Part shown: piece by piece, positions 48,380-59,143 of the stretch
Layout: the number at the start of each line of letters is the position of its first letter
Position numbering within the stretch: the first letter of the stretch is position 1
Assembly (NCBI GenBank): GCA_963727825.1
Contig: CAVSHO010000014.1
Span: 1-64,000 of the forward strand
DNA: 64,000 bases
From: Ignavibacteriota bacterium
GTDB taxonomy: Bacteria > Bacteroidota > Ignavibacteria > UBA10030
Reading direction: 5' to 3'
The notes under the pieces: model-generated
Database searches by the model: none
What the model was told of the DNA's origin: nothing
The model's input: only the letters and a program-made list of their open reading frames with translations
Translations under genes and position numbers: made by a program

Positions 48380-48654
48380 ACTTATTTTGAGAAATATCGC
48401 ATTGATTATGACATTATTAAACGAAATAGCAACGAATTTTTTTGTCTAACTTGCCTTAAAAAATCATTAACCACATTCTTAATTATAAACGGAATATTTA
48501 GCGCAGTGTTTCCTTAATGAGGCTTAAAAATGTAATAGCCAAGTATGAACACCTTAATAAACGATCAATTTAATGCTTGAAAATATCTGTCAATTCCTAT
48601 CTCAGAAATACACGCTTTGACAATTTTGTTATACTAAGACAACAGCATTATTCA

Positions 48655-48954
48655 TCACGCAACTTCAATAAGCGTTGCATATCGGGCTTTGCCCTCTTTC
48701 AAATAAGTTTCAAGGCGATTCACTAGCTCTTCGCCGCTCTCCGTCATTCCATCTTCGAGCGCTTCATATTCTTCTACTGAATTGCAAACGAATTCTTCTA
48801 CAAAAAAGTTCTTTTTTCCTTTTTGCTCGAAGATTGTGTAATTCTTTTTTTGCACGCCAGCAAAATGGTTTTTTAGTTCTCTTGCAAGAGCAAGATAGTC
48901 TTCTCGTATTTCCGGTTTTATTTCGTATGAAATTTGTAAAATGACTTTAGACAT
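48655..48954 (-). CDS. Hypothetical protein (possible dimeric alpha+beta barrel)
   Basis: 99 aa; pattern ISYEIKPE.REDYL…FVEEF. Confidence 0.65.
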   Translation of the reverse strand: MSKVILQISYEIKPEIREDYLALARELKNHFAGVQKKNYTIFEQKGKKNFFVEEFVCNSVEEYEALEDGMTESGEELVNRLETYLKEGKARYATLIEVA

Positions 48955-48987
48955 AGGTTTCTTTCTTGATATAATTAAATGAATTAT

Positions 48988-49359
48988 TTATTTTTCCATC
49001 GCGTTCCGAATTTCCAGCTCGCTCATTCCGAAATAGTGCCCCAGTTCATGAAGCAGCACTTCTTTAATACGTTCAGATACTTCCTCATCGTTCCGGCAAA
49101 CAGCTTCGATGTTAGCTTGATATAAAGAAATCTTATCGGGAATTGTCGGGCTCGTTCCGTACCATGTTCCCCGATGCGTTAAGGGTATTCCCTGATATAA
49201 ACCCAAGAGAGATGTCTTGCTTGAATGCGTCTGGTGCATTACATCTTCTGAAGGATAATCCTCAACGGTTATGTGAACATTATCAATCTTATCCTCGAAT
49301 AATCTCGGCAAACCTTCAAATACTTTTTCGGCCACATCTTCAAATTTTTCTCTTGTCAT
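48988..49359 (-). CDS. Zincin-like metallopeptidase (DUF1025 type)
   Basis: VEDYP, LLGLYQGIPL, PDKISLY, LLHELGHYFG. Confidence 0.88.
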   Translation of the reverse strand: MTREKFEDVAEKVFEGLPRLFEDKIDNVHITVEDYPSEDVMHQTHSSKTSLLGLYQGIPLTHRGTWYGTSPTIPDKISLYQANIEAVCRNDEEVSERIKEVLLHELGHYFGMSELEIRNAMEK

Positions 49360-49382
49360 TGCATCTTGCAAACTTATTATCG

Positions 49383-50102
49383 CTAAAACATTTTCAGCGC
49401 AAATTCGCCGCCATTCACTAATACAATCACAATAAGCCCATAGACAACCGAACTAATCAAAATTGATTTCCATAAAGAGATTTGATTGCCCACATTCGTT
49501 CCGATAATTAAAAGTATCCATGCCCATACCGCTAAGGCAATATCAAATCCAACAAGTAATATATATAACATCGGTTTGATAGTTATAGGAGGCGGATTGA
49601 ATGTGAAGAAGTACATTCCAAAAGTCAATAATTCAATCGGCAAGATAAATAATAACGACATAATGATTGGCGTTAACGAGTAACTTGTAATGCCTAATGA
49701 ATTACGGAAAGACGCTTTTTTATCCAGTATTTTTGATAAACCCCAATGCAGCGAAGAAGCAATAAGACAAAGTACAATGCCAAAGGGGATGCCAATCAGG
49801 ATCGTCAAAAAAATGAGTACGAGAATATTATCAAACCGATCTCCAAGTTTGAAATACGAGATTCCCGTGAATGTGATTGCAATTCCCGTCAAAGTATATA
49901 GGAACAATGCATAATTCTTATGATCTGCACGCATGATCAACCGAAAAGCATCTCGAGGGCTTTCAAGGATTTTCCATATTACGTCAAACAAATCCAAATT
50001 AGGAACTCGATTCTGCAAAAAACCACCACATTTTTTGCAGATCGTTGCATATTGGTCATTTTCTGTTTGACAAACGGAACAATTGATCATAGAATTTGGC
50101 AT
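49383..50102 (-). CDS. Yip1-like membrane protein with N-terminal zinc ribbon
   Basis: CxxC…CxxC followed by ESPRDAF and about five TM segments. Confidence 0.7.
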   Translation of the reverse strand: MPNSMINCSVCQTENDQYATICKKCGGFLQNRVPNLDLFDVIWKILESPRDAFRLIMRADHKNYALFLYTLTGIAITFTGISYFKLGDRFDNILVLIFLTILIGIPFGIVLCLIASSLHWGLSKILDKKASFRNSLGITSYSLTPIIMSLLFILPIELLTFGMYFFTFNPPPITIKPMLYILLVGFDIALAVWAWILLIIGTNVGNQISLWKSILISSVVYGLIVIVLVNGGEFALKMF

Positions 50103-50184
50103 TTCTTGAGTTATGTATCTAAACGAAGTTATGAAGATTGTGCTATGGAAGCAACGCTTTTTTAAATGATCCGAATAAATCTGA

Positions 50185-51561
50185 TCAAGTCAAGCGCTTA
50201 AATTTTGCAGTAAAATGCCGAAGTGTCGGTGCTTCTTCGATGATTTTGAATCCTTTGAGACTTTTACGATTCTTAAATACTTCTTCTGCTACTTCGACCA
50301 CGTAATCCATATGGCTCTGTGTGTAGACCCGCCGCGGAATAGCAAGCCGAACCAACTCCATCGGTGGAGAAATAAATGCACCGGTTTGTGAATCATATTT
50401 ACCAAACATTACGCTTCCTATTTCCACGCTTCGTATTCCGCCTACCCGGAAAAACTCGCTCACAACTGCTTGCCCAGGATATTCATGAGGCGGAATTTGC
50501 GATAAGAACTGCTTTGCATCGATATAGATAGCATGTCCGCCAGGCGGCTGAACGATAGGAATTCCAATCGCTGTGAATTTTTCGCCGAGGTATTCAACAG
50601 ATCGGATTCGATAACGAAGGTATTCCTCATCAAGAATTTCTTCCAGACCTTGAGAAATAGCTTCCAGATCCCGTCCGGCTAAACCGCCGTATGTCGGGAA
50701 TCCCTCAGTAACAATCAGAAGGTTCCTCGATTTCATGGCGAGGTTATTGTCGTTCATTGCCAGAAAACCGCCGATATTCGCGAGTGCATCTTTTTTTGCG
50801 CTCATCGTGCAACCATCTGCATATGAAAACATTTCGCGCGCAATCTCACGCACCGATTTTTTTGAATAACCTTTCTCGCGTAATTTGATAAAGTAAGCGT
50901 TCTCCGCAAATCGACAGGCATCAATAAACAATGGAATTCCATGTTTCTGGAGATTTTTTTTTGCTTGTCGGATATTTTCCATTGAAACGGGTTGCCCGCC
51001 GCCGGAATTATTTGTCACTGTCATCATGCATAGCGGTATGTTCTCAGCTCCCTTTTCCTCAATGATCTTCTTCAATGCTGCAATGTCCATATTCCCTTTG
51101 AAATCAGCGATGAGATCCGGATGTTTTCCTGTTTCGTTCAGTATGTCCACAGCTTCAGCGCCCGAATATTCCACATTTGCGCGAGTAGTATCAAAATGAG
51201 TGTTGTTCGGGATCCATTTGCCTTTACCGCCAACAATTGTAAAGAGAATCTTTTCCGCCGCACGTCCTTGATGAGTTGGAATAATGTATTTAAATCCTGT
51301 CAGTTCGCGGACAGTTTTCTCGAAACGATAAAAACTTTTCGAACCTGCATACGACTCATCGCCATCCATCATGCCGGACCATTGTTTCGCACTCATCGCA
51401 GAAGTCCCGCTATCTGTAAGTAAATCAATAAGAACATCTTCTGCAGGAATCAGGAATGGATTATAATATGCCTTGCGTAAAATGCATTCTCTTTGATGTT
51501 CGGTAGTGAACTTGATAGGCTCGATGGATTTGATCTTAAATGGCTCAATAATTGTTTTCAT
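50185..51561 (-). CDS. tnaA: Tryptophanase
   Basis: SAKKD lysine; tryptophanase-type residues NTHFDTT, VEIG and LRHF; GGAGG site before ATG 51561. Confidence 0.92.
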   Translation of the reverse strand: MKTIIEPFKIKSIEPIKFTTEHQRECILRKAYYNPFLIPAEDVLIDLLTDSGTSAMSAKQWSGMMDGDESYAGSKSFYRFEKTVRELTGFKYIIPTHQGRAAEKILFTIVGGKGKWIPNNTHFDTTRANVEYSGAEAVDILNETGKHPDLIADFKGNMDIAALKKIIEEKGAENIPLCMMTVTNNSGGGQPVSMENIRQAKKNLQKHGIPLFIDACRFAENAYFIKLREKGYSKKSVREIAREMFSYADGCTMSAKKDALANIGGFLAMNDNNLAMKSRNLLIVTEGFPTYGGLAGRDLEAISQGLEEILDEEYLRYRIRSVEYLGEKFTAIGIPIVQPPGGHAIYIDAKQFLSQIPPHEYPGQAVVSEFFRVGGIRSVEIGSVMFGKYDSQTGAFISPPMELVRLAIPRRVYTQSHMDYVVEVAEEVFKNRKSLKGFKIIEEAPTLRHFTAKFKRLT

Positions 51562-51729
51562 TGTCAGATCCTCCAATTATTTCTTTTCTCTCACCTCTAT
51601 GCTACGTTCTTCGAGAAAGTGCATTCTTTTCGCCAAGATTATTCAAACAATATTAAGTCTGAGTTTATTTACAGTGATTTGATCCTATTTGTAATTTTGC
51701 AGCCAATCTATGAAATGAATGATTATGGG

Positions 51730-52254
51730 TTATTCTTTGTCATATTGGACAAGCGAATAAATATCGTACTTTTCAAGGTTTTTCCGTCCTTGAAGAAATG
51801 AAAGCTCGATAAGAAAAGATATGCCGACAATATTTGCTTGAAGTTTCTCAACAAGTCTCACAGCAGCGCACATAGTTCCGCCTGTTGCCAATAAATCATC
51901 GTGTAATAAAATACGTTCTCCGGGTTTGAGAGCATCCTTATGTATTTCGATTACATCGGTTCCATACTCCAAAGCGTACTCCTCTCTCATAACTTCAGCA
52001 GGAAGTTTTCCTTTTTTTCGTATAGGAACAAAACCTGCGCCCAAACTTACTGCTAATGCAGATCCGAGGATAAATCCGCGAGATTCAATGCATACAACCT
52101 TATCAATTTTTGAACTTTTATATCGCTTACTTAAAATATTAACGGCATCACACAATGCTTCGGCGTCTTTTAGAAGTGTAGTGATATCGCGAAAAACTAT
52201 TCCCTTCTTCGGAAAATCAGGAATGCTGCGGATGGTTTCAGAAAGCTGTTTCAT
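51730..52254 (-). CDS. apt: Adenine phosphoribosyltransferase
   Basis: PDFPKKGIVFRDIT, ESRGF, YALEYG, DDLLATGGT. Confidence 0.96.
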   Translation of the reverse strand: MKQLSETIRSIPDFPKKGIVFRDITTLLKDAEALCDAVNILSKRYKSSKIDKVVCIESRGFILGSALAVSLGAGFVPIRKKGKLPAEVMREEYALEYGTDVIEIHKDALKPGERILLHDDLLATGGTMCAAVRLVEKLQANIVGISFLIELSFLQGRKNLEKYDIYSLVQYDKE

Positions 52255-52269
52255 TGTTCACCTAAAAAA

Positions 52270-53052
52270 TTACCATTTTAATGGTTTTGAATTGAGAAAA
52301 GCGTCAATTCCCTTCTTGCAATCCTCTGTCATACGCGTCAACGCGTTTAGATGAGAAGCATAATCCAATGCATCACCCGTTTCCATTCCATAGACACGCG
52401 CGAGAAGTTCTTTTATCAATCCCATAGATGTACTACTGTTGTTTGTGATTAATTCGTTCGCCAGCTGCATACCTATTTTCTCTAAGTCGATTGATGGAAC
52501 AACTTTGCTGATAAGCCCGAGCTTAAACGATTCTTCTGCATCGATTAGATTGCCCTGCAGTACAAGCTCGCGAGCATGTCCTTCACCAATCCGTCTTACT
52601 AAATAAATCATAACGATCGCCGGGATAAGGCCCATCTTCGCTTCAGTATATCCAAACTTTGCTGTTTCACGCGCAGCTATAACGAAATCACATATAGTTG
52701 CCAATCCGCATCCGCCTGCAATTGCTTCTCCCTGAACAAGAGCAATAACTGGTTTTCGCAATGTATATATTTGTTGAAAGAGTTTCATCAAATCTGTCGA
52801 GTCTTGCAGATTCTGATTAAAATCGTATTTAGAAATACGTTCAAGGTAGGAATGTTCCAAACCAGAACAAAATGAATCTCCTTCTGCGCGTAATATCACC
52901 GCTTTGACTACAGAGTCTCTCTGCGTTTGTACAAATGCCTGGGTCAGTTCAGAAACCATTTGATCATCAAGGGCATTTTGTTTTTCCGGCCAATTGAGTG
53001 AGATAATCCCAATTCGTTTTTCGATTGTATATGTAATACGATAGAATTCCAC
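52270..53052 (-). CDS. Enoyl-CoA hydratase/isomerase (methylglutaconyl-CoA hydratase-like)
   Basis: NAL, SFCSG, AIAGGCGL…D, FGYTEAKMGLIPA; GTG start. Confidence 0.88.
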   Translation of the reverse strand: MEFYRITYTIEKRIGIISLNWPEKQNALDDQMVSELTQAFVQTQRDSVVKAVILRAEGDSFCSGLEHSYLERISKYDFNQNLQDSTDLMKLFQQIYTLRKPVIALVQGEAIAGGCGLATICDFVIAARETAKFGYTEAKMGLIPAIVMIYLVRRIGEGHARELVLQGNLIDAEESFKLGLISKVVPSIDLEKIGMQLANELITNNSSTSMGLIKELLARVYGMETGDALDYASHLNALTRMTEDCKKGIDAFLNSKPLKW

Positions 53053-53164
53053 ATGTCACCTTTTATGGTTGTGAAAGTAGCAAGAAGGGAAATGAAAAGC
53101 AATGTTTCAGATCGAGATGGAAAATAAATCTTGTAACTTTATTGTAATGAGGATAAATCCATAA

Positions 53165-53635
53165 CTATTTTTGGGCAGCAATTTTTATCCTTGTTGTTTC
53201 TTTTGGGCTTGAGAGAACAAGACTTGTTGTTGTTTTGGAAACACCCTGCCATGATTGGATTTTTGATAATAACTTTTCCAGGCCATCAGTGTTTTCTGTC
53301 CGCACTTTCAACAGATGCGTACCATTCCCTGTTATTGCATGACACTCTTGGATATCGTCTGTTTTCATAACATGTTCAAGAACAGTTTCATAGTGTTTCG
53401 ATGAGTCTACCGTAACAATGACAAACGCAGTAATGTCTTTTCCAAGACGTTTATGGTTCAGTTTTGCGTAATATCCTTGAATAATGCCATCCTCTTCAAG
53501 TTTATGCATTCGCTCACTTACAGCCGGAAGTGAGAGTCCTACCTTTTCTGCCAATTCGTTCCGTTTCGTTCTCCCTTCAACCTGGAGAACTTCAAGTAAC
53601 TCGCAATCTATTTTATCCAGCATCATAAACTCCAC
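53165..53635 (-). CDS. Lrp/AsnC family transcriptional regulator
   Basis: LDKID…ELAEKVGLS…R..KLEEDGII.GY, ECHAITG. Confidence 0.93.
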   Translation of the reverse strand: MEFMMLDKIDCELLEVLQVEGRTKRNELAEKVGLSLPAVSERMHKLEEDGIIQGYYAKLNHKRLGKDITAFVIVTVDSSKHYETVLEHVMKTDDIQECHAITGNGTHLLKVRTENTDGLEKLLSKIQSWQGVSKTTTSLVLSSPKETTRIKIAAQK

Positions 53636-53817
53636 CCTTCTTTGCTAACGCATTATTCGATCTATACGATAATATATTAACACTTTCACAATATTTACCT
53701 GAAGATGTTAAGATTTCTATCAATAAAATGCAAGATATAATTAATAGAATATTAGTAAGCTATTTTAAATATTCCGCAAATCATGCAAAAGTGATAAATG
53801 TTATTGTGCAGCGGTCA

Positions 53818-54471
53818 TTACTTTGCGGCAGTTCGTAGAGAAACAATAGCTTTTTTTATAGACTTTGCCTTAAATACAGATGTTCCAGCAACAAGAACGT
53901 TGGCGCCTGCTTCAATAACGGAACGCGCGGTGTTTTGGTCTATTCCGCCATCAACTTCAAGCATAATTTCTCTTTTTGAGTGGCTAATCATTTCTCTTGT
54001 TTCATGAATTTTTCTAAGGGAATTTTTAATGAAGCTCTGACCTCCAAACCCCGGCTCAACAGTCATAATAAGAATCAAATCGACTTCATCGATTATATTC
54101 TGAATCGTAGCCACCGGAGTTGATGGATCAAGCGCTACCCCAGCTTTGCTGCCGCTTTCTTTTATCGCTTGAATAGTTCGATACAGGTGTGGACAAGTTT
54201 CCTGATGGACTGTTATAATATCTGCGCCGGCAGAACGAAATGAAGAAAGTAATTTTTCTGGCTCCTCAATCATTAGATGCACATCTAATGGGAGTTTTGT
54301 GCATCCACGAACTGCACTGACAAGAGGCGGGCCAAATGTAATATTAGGAACAAAATGTCCATCCATTACATCAAGATGAATTAAATCCGCTCCACCCTTT
54401 TCGGCTTCAACAACCTGTTTTCCAAGAATAGTAAAATCTGCGGCAAGCAATGAAGTAGCAATTTTAATCAT
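53818..54471 (-). CDS. rpe: Ribulose-phosphate 3-epimerase
   Basis: HLDVMDGHFVPNITFG, DVHLMI, MTVEPGFGGQ, EVDGG. Confidence 0.97.
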   Translation of the reverse strand: MIKIATSLLAADFTILGKQVVEAEKGGADLIHLDVMDGHFVPNITFGPPLVSAVRGCTKLPLDVHLMIEEPEKLLSSFRSAGADIITVHQETCPHLYRTIQAIKESGSKAGVALDPSTPVATIQNIIDEVDLILIMTVEPGFGGQSFIKNSLRKIHETREMISHSKREIMLEVDGGIDQNTARSVIEAGANVLVAGTSVFKAKSIKKAIVSLRTAAK

Positions 54472-54475
54472 ATAA

Positions 54476-55237
54476 TTAATTCTCGAGCTTGTTTTTTGTG
54501 TCTGTCTTTTGTGCAATAACTAAATCTATGGCTTGACCCAACTGTAGAAGTTCACCAGCTTTTGGATTTTGTTCAAGAATCGTGTTGGGAAGGATATCTA
54601 TATTGGTCTGATAAGTTGTTTTCCCAATCTGAAACCCATTATCGATGAGTATTTTCTCGGCTTCATCTAAGGTCTTCAACGAAACATCCGGTACCGGATG
54701 TTTATCCGTAGAGCGCCCTTGACTAACTGTGACATTGATACTATTGCCACCTTTTATTTTCACGCCTGGTTGAATTTCTTGGCTAATAATCGTGTTTGCA
54801 AATATTTCTTCTGAAGGTTCATACGAAATTGTTCCAAGCTTGAGATTAAATTTTTCAAGATTGAAAGCTGCCTCTCGTACAGACTTGCCCCTTAAATTTG
54901 GAACATCAACTAGTGCTTCTCCGCCGCTGATAGTTAAATATACTCCTCTATCTCGTTTTACTTCTGATTCAGCAATTGGGTTTTGTAACGTGATTGTACC
55001 GATTTTATACCTTTTATCATTTTTGTATTCTGCTTCTTTAGGATCTAATCCAGCTTCTTTGATTTTTTGTTTTGCATCTTCGAGAGATAATCCAATGACA
55101 TCGGGAACCTTCGTTGTCTTCCCCTTCTGAACATATAAAGGCATTAGAATATTGTTGAAAAGGAAGAAAATAATAAGTCCTATGATTGCAACAATGCCAA
55201 TTGGTATTGCAGCTTTTTTAATTTTATCTCTTTTCAT
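54476..55237 (-). CDS. Membrane-anchored protein with three PASTA domains
   Basis: TM anchor followed by VPDVIG, VPNLRG and VPDVS repeats with QNP. Confidence 0.9.
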   Translation of the reverse strand: MKRDKIKKAAIPIGIVAIIGLIIFFLFNNILMPLYVQKGKTTKVPDVIGLSLEDAKQKIKEAGLDPKEAEYKNDKRYKIGTITLQNPIAESEVKRDRGVYLTISGGEALVDVPNLRGKSVREAAFNLEKFNLKLGTISYEPSEEIFANTIISQEIQPGVKIKGGNSINVTVSQGRSTDKHPVPDVSLKTLDEAEKILIDNGFQIGKTTYQTNIDILPNTILEQNPKAGELLQLGQAIDLVIAQKTDTKNKLEN

Positions 55238-55587
55238 AAACAGATCGATTCTATTAACAATCGAATATAATTATTAATGGATTGAATTACAATGTGCTTC
55301 CACTTTTAGCATAGAATCATATATTTGAGCGATTTAGCTCTAAAACTAACCTGATAAGATATAGAAAAAACGTAAATGTGCTATTTCCTTATACAAGTTA
55401 AAGTGGTTTTTACAGGATTTCGAAACATTATAGGAATTATCGGCACCTCTGGATTTTTATTGCGAAAGTCTGCTTCACAATAAATTTATAATAATGTTTA
55501 TCATATGATTTTCATAAATTGCTTCTCAGTCTAATCTTCTATATATTTTTCACAATTGTCTTTCAATAATCAATTATTGCATAATCT

Positions 55588-56007
55588 ATGAAAAGAGAAT
55601 ATAGAGAACTCGCAAATGCCGCTCAAAAAGCAAAGCTCAACTCCTATTCTCCTTTTTCTAAATTCAGAGTCGGTGCAGCGCTTCTCACAAAGGATGGTAC
55701 AATTTTTACGGGATGTAATATCGAAAACAGTTCGTATGGACTTACGATCTGCGCAGAACGAGTTGCAATTTTTAATGCCATTTCATCAGGAGCATTAAAA
55801 TTCAAGGCTATTGCAATTGCTTCAGATTATCATGGTTTTATATCTCCATGCGGTGCTTGTCGGCAAGTTCTCTCTGACTTAGCTGGCGATATAGATTTTA
55901 TAATGGTAGATTCTAAAGAACGACTTAAAATTTTAAAACTCAAATCTCTTCTGCCCTTTGCATTTTCTGGAAAAAACTTGAAGCATCCAATTAAACTGAA
56001 GAAATAA
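55588..56007 (+). CDS. cdd: Cytidine deaminase
   Basis: [27 protein letters not shown]. Confidence 0.96.
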   Translation: MKREYRELANAAQKAKLNSYSPFSKFRVGAALLTKDGTIFTGCNIENSSYGLTICAERVAIFNAISSGALKFKAIAIASDYHGFISPCGACRQVLSDLAGDIDFIMVDSKERLKILKLKSLLPFAFSGKNLKHPIKLKK

Positions 56008-56009
56008 TT

Positions 56010-56585
56010 ATGGATACATCTGAATTGCATGATATTCCCCGTAATACCGGTTGGATTGAAGTAGTTTGCGGTTGTATGTTTAGCGGTAAAACTGAAGAAC
56101 TCATACGTCGTCTTCGGCGGGCACAAATTGCAAAACAAAGAGTCGTTGTTTTCAAACCTAAAATTGATACGCGATATAGCTCGGAGCATATTGTTTCGCA
56201 CAGCGAACAATCATTAAATGCTCTTGTAATCGAAGATGCTGATGAAATTTTGGACTTAGTTGGTGATGCACAGGTGATTGGAATTGATGAAGGCCAATTT
56301 TTTAAATCAAATATAGTCGACGTTTGTAATCAGTTGGCAAATCAAGGAAAGCGAATTATTGTTGCTGGACTCGATCAAGATTACAGAGGAAATCCTTTCG
56401 AACCAATGCCTCAACTCCTTGCTATATCAGAATATATCACCAAAACCTTAGCAATTTGTGTAGTATGTGGAAATCCTGCTGATAGGACTCAACGGAAAAG
56501 TGAGCAACACGAACTTGTTATTGTTGGTGCTAAGGATATTTATGAAGCAAGATGCCGAAATTGTCATAAACCTCCGAAAGAATAG
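56010..56585 (+). CDS. tdk: Thymidine kinase
   Basis: [28 protein letters not shown]…YEARCRNC. Confidence 0.97.
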   Translation: MDTSELHDIPRNTGWIEVVCGCMFSGKTEELIRRLRRAQIAKQRVVVFKPKIDTRYSSEHIVSHSEQSLNALVIEDADEILDLVGDAQVIGIDEGQFFKSNIVDVCNQLANQGKRIIVAGLDQDYRGNPFEPMPQLLAISEYITKTLAICVVCGNPADRTQRKSEQHELVIVGAKDIYEARCRNCHKPPKE

Positions 56586-56615
56586 AACTACGGAGCACGA
56601 TCCATTTGCAGCTCA

Positions 56616-57461
56616 TTGATCAGTGAAAAATTGATTACAAAGAAGAAAATCAAAGATGCGTTGGGTTTTATTCGCGATGTTACAGATTTCAAACCTCAGA
56701 TTGCACTGATTCTTGGATCTGGGCTAGGTGAATTTACTAAGAATATTAGTATAGTCTCTTCAATTTCGGCATCTAAAATACCTAATTACCCTGTTTCGTC
56801 TGTTCAAGGTCATGCCGGAAAGCTTATTTTTGGTTATTTGCAAAAGGATTCCACAGAATCGACACCTCTTCTCATTTTTCAAGGGCGTGTTCATTTCTAT
56901 GAATTTGGATTTATTGACCGAGTCGTATTCCCGGTAATTATCGCACATCATATAGGTGTTAGAAAACTAGTTATTACAAATGCTGCTGGTGGTTTGAATA
57001 GTTGTTTCTCTGCGGGTGATTTTATGCTTATCAAAGATATCTTAAATCTCACTTTCCTACAGCAGCATTCAAAGAACAAAAAAAACGGGTTCTCGACTTA
57101 TGCTCCTAATGAATATTTTGACCATAAGATGCAACAAATGGTTCTTCAATGCGCAGCCCAACTTAAAATACCGATGCAACAAGGTACTTACTGTTGGTTA
57201 AAAGGTCCATCATATGAAACGCCATCAGAAATTCAGATGCTTAAGCGCCTCGGTGTCGATGCAGTCGGCATGTCAACTGTTCCAGAAATTTATACTTCCT
57301 TCAGTTTAGGAATGAAAACCGTTGGAATTTCGCTTATTTCAAACCTGGCTGCCGGTATTTCTAAGAACAAACTTTCGCATATAGAAGTTACAGAAACAGC
57401 AAACAATGTGAAGGAGCGATTCTCTGAATTAATGGAAAAACTTCTTCTTTCAATCAATTGA
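56616..57461 (+). CDS. punA: Purine-nucleoside phosphorylase (trimeric class)
   Basis: ILGSGLG, GHAG, QGRVHFYE, TNAAGG, GPSYETPSE, VGMSTVPE; TTG start is uncertain. Confidence 0.93.
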   Translation: MISEKLITKKKIKDALGFIRDVTDFKPQIALILGSGLGEFTKNISIVSSISASKIPNYPVSSVQGHAGKLIFGYLQKDSTESTPLLIFQGRVHFYEFGFIDRVVFPVIIAHHIGVRKLVITNAAGGLNSCFSAGDFMLIKDILNLTFLQQHSKNKKNGFSTYAPNEYFDHKMQQMVLQCAAQLKIPMQQGTYCWLKGPSYETPSEIQMLKRLGVDAVGMSTVPEIYTSFSLGMKTVGISLISNLAAGISKNKLSHIEVTETANNVKERFSELMEKLLLSIN

Positions 57462-57493
57462 TATATCATTCTTTCACTTTTACTTTTTTTAGA

Positions 57494-59143
57494 ATGCCTA
57501 TGAATTTTATACCATACAACGAACTACAATCCGGGGAATCAGGATTTTCCCGCCTTTTTGTCGACTATATTGACAATTATTCGCTCGTTAAAGATTTTTT
57601 CATCGGCGATTTTCGTGATAAAAAACTATGGCAATCACAAATTAATGCGGTGTCACACCGAGAAATTGATCGATCTTCGCTTGCCCAAGTTCTTTTAAAT
57701 CAGAATCGCGATTATCAATGCGGCATTAAGACATTAGCAAACATTGACCTTCTTCTTAGCGATAATACTGTTGCTATTGTCACTGGCCAACAGGTTGGCC
57801 TTTTCACCGGCCCCCTTTATACCCTGTATAAAATATTGACCACTCTCAAACTTACTGAGCAACTCTCTCAACAATATCCTGAATACAACTTTGTCCCAAT
57901 ATTTTGGCTTGAAGGGGAAGACCATGATATAGAAGAAGTAAGTTCTTTCTCTTTTCTCAATGCCTCAAATGAACTTCAAGAGCTGCGCTATCCATCTGAA
58001 GATAAAACAAGTGGGAATAATTTAGGTGCAGTTGGCGGTGTTCATCTAAGTGAATCAATAGGAATGCTTTTCCGCAATCTTCATCAAGCTTTGTTACCGA
58101 CAGAATATTCGCCAAAGGTTTTTGAGTTATTCGAAACAGCTTACCAAAAAGGAATGACCTTCAGCCGAGCATTTATCCATCTCGTCAATGTTTTACTTGA
58201 AGACTCTGGACTTGTTTTTTTCGATCCCCATAATCCTGATACAAAGAAAATACTAAAGCCGATCTTTGAACAAGAATTAAACAATATCTCGCACACATGT
58301 CGTCTTGTTATTACTCAAAGTGAGATTCTTGAAAAGCAGTATCAAGCTCAAGTTAAACCAAGGGCGGTAAATCTTTTCCTATTCCATAACGGCGGGCGAT
58401 ATGCCATAGAACCGCACGAGAATGGATTCTCTTTAAAAGGAACACGCCGCACTTTTAGTAAAGAAGAAATGCTTGGATTTCTGAATACTGATCCGAATCT
58501 TTTCAGTCCAAATGTTGTTCTCCGGCCAATCTGTCAGGATTACCTCTTCCCAACTCTCGCATATGTTGCAGGGCCATCTGAAGTTGCCTACTTTGCGCAG
58601 TTCAAGTTGCTTTATGAGAATTTTAACATACCTGAACCTATTATTTACCCTCGCTGCAGTGCAACTATCGTAGAGGAAAAGATTCAAAAGATTATCAATA
58701 AATATAGCCTTCAACCAAAGGATTTTTTCACTGATATAGAGGTTCTCAAGGAGCGAATATCCGCATCCATCTCTGATTTCAAGGTTGAAGAACTATTCTC
58801 AAATACATTTGGAACTGTATCTGAAAGTTTAACTAGTCTAAAAGATGGCTTAGAATCAATCGATCCAACACTTGTCCCTGCAATGGAAAACACTCTTGTA
58901 CGAATGCAGGGCGCACTTAACGGTTTGAAAGAGAAGACTCTTGCTGCTCAAGTACGTCAGCATGAAATATCATTTCGCCAATTGGACAAAGTGTCAATTA
59001 GTCTCTTTCCAAATTCTAACTTGCAAGAACGAGAAATGAATATTATTTATTATTTGAATAAATATGGATTAGAACTATTACGATGGTTACGCAGTGAACT
59101 TGTTCTTGACAAATTTATGCACCAGATTATCAGTCTTGAATAA
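57494..59143 (+). CDS. bshC: Bacillithiol biosynthesis cysteine-adding enzyme
   Basis: IVTGQQVGLFTGPLY, PIFWLEGEDHD, FSPNVVLRP, YVAGPSEVAY, LQERE. Confidence 0.93.
   Translation: MPMNFIPYNELQSGESGFSRLFVDYIDNYSLVKDFFIGDFRDKKLWQSQINAVSHREIDRSSLAQVLLNQNRDYQCGIKTLANIDLLLSDNTVAIVTGQQVGLFTGPLYTLYKILTTLKLTEQLSQQYPEYNFVPIFWLEGEDHDIEEVSSFSFLNASNELQELRYPSEDKTSGNNLGAVGGVHLSESIGMLFRNLHQALLPTEYSPKVFELFETAYQKGMTFSRAFIHLVNVLLEDSGLVFFDPHNPDTKKILKPIFEQELNNISHTCRLVITQSEILEKQYQAQVKPRAVNLFLFHNGGRYAIEPHENGFSLKGTRRTFSKEEMLGFLNTDPNLFSPNVVLRPICQDYLFPTLAYVAGPSEVAYFAQFKLLYENFNIPEPIIYPRCSATIVEEKIQKIINKYSLQPKDFFTDIEVLKERISASISDFKVEELFSNTFGTVSESLTSLKDGLESIDPTLVPAMENTLVRMQGALNGLKEKTLAAQVRQHEISFRQLDKVSISLFPNSNLQEREMNIIYYLNKYGLELLRWLRSELVLDKFMHQIISLE

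Noticed and set aside
48403-48419. Imperfect palindrome TGATTATG-A-CATTATTA as a Fur/Zur box
   Set aside because: Two mismatches in very AT-rich DNA and spacing unlike the 7-1-7 Fur consensus; not distinguishable from chance.
51562-51729. Short ORF MHFLEERSIEVREKK upstream of tnaA as a TnaC-like leader
   Set aside because: It has no Trp, Asp or terminal Pro of the TnaC motif and no clear ribosome-binding site.
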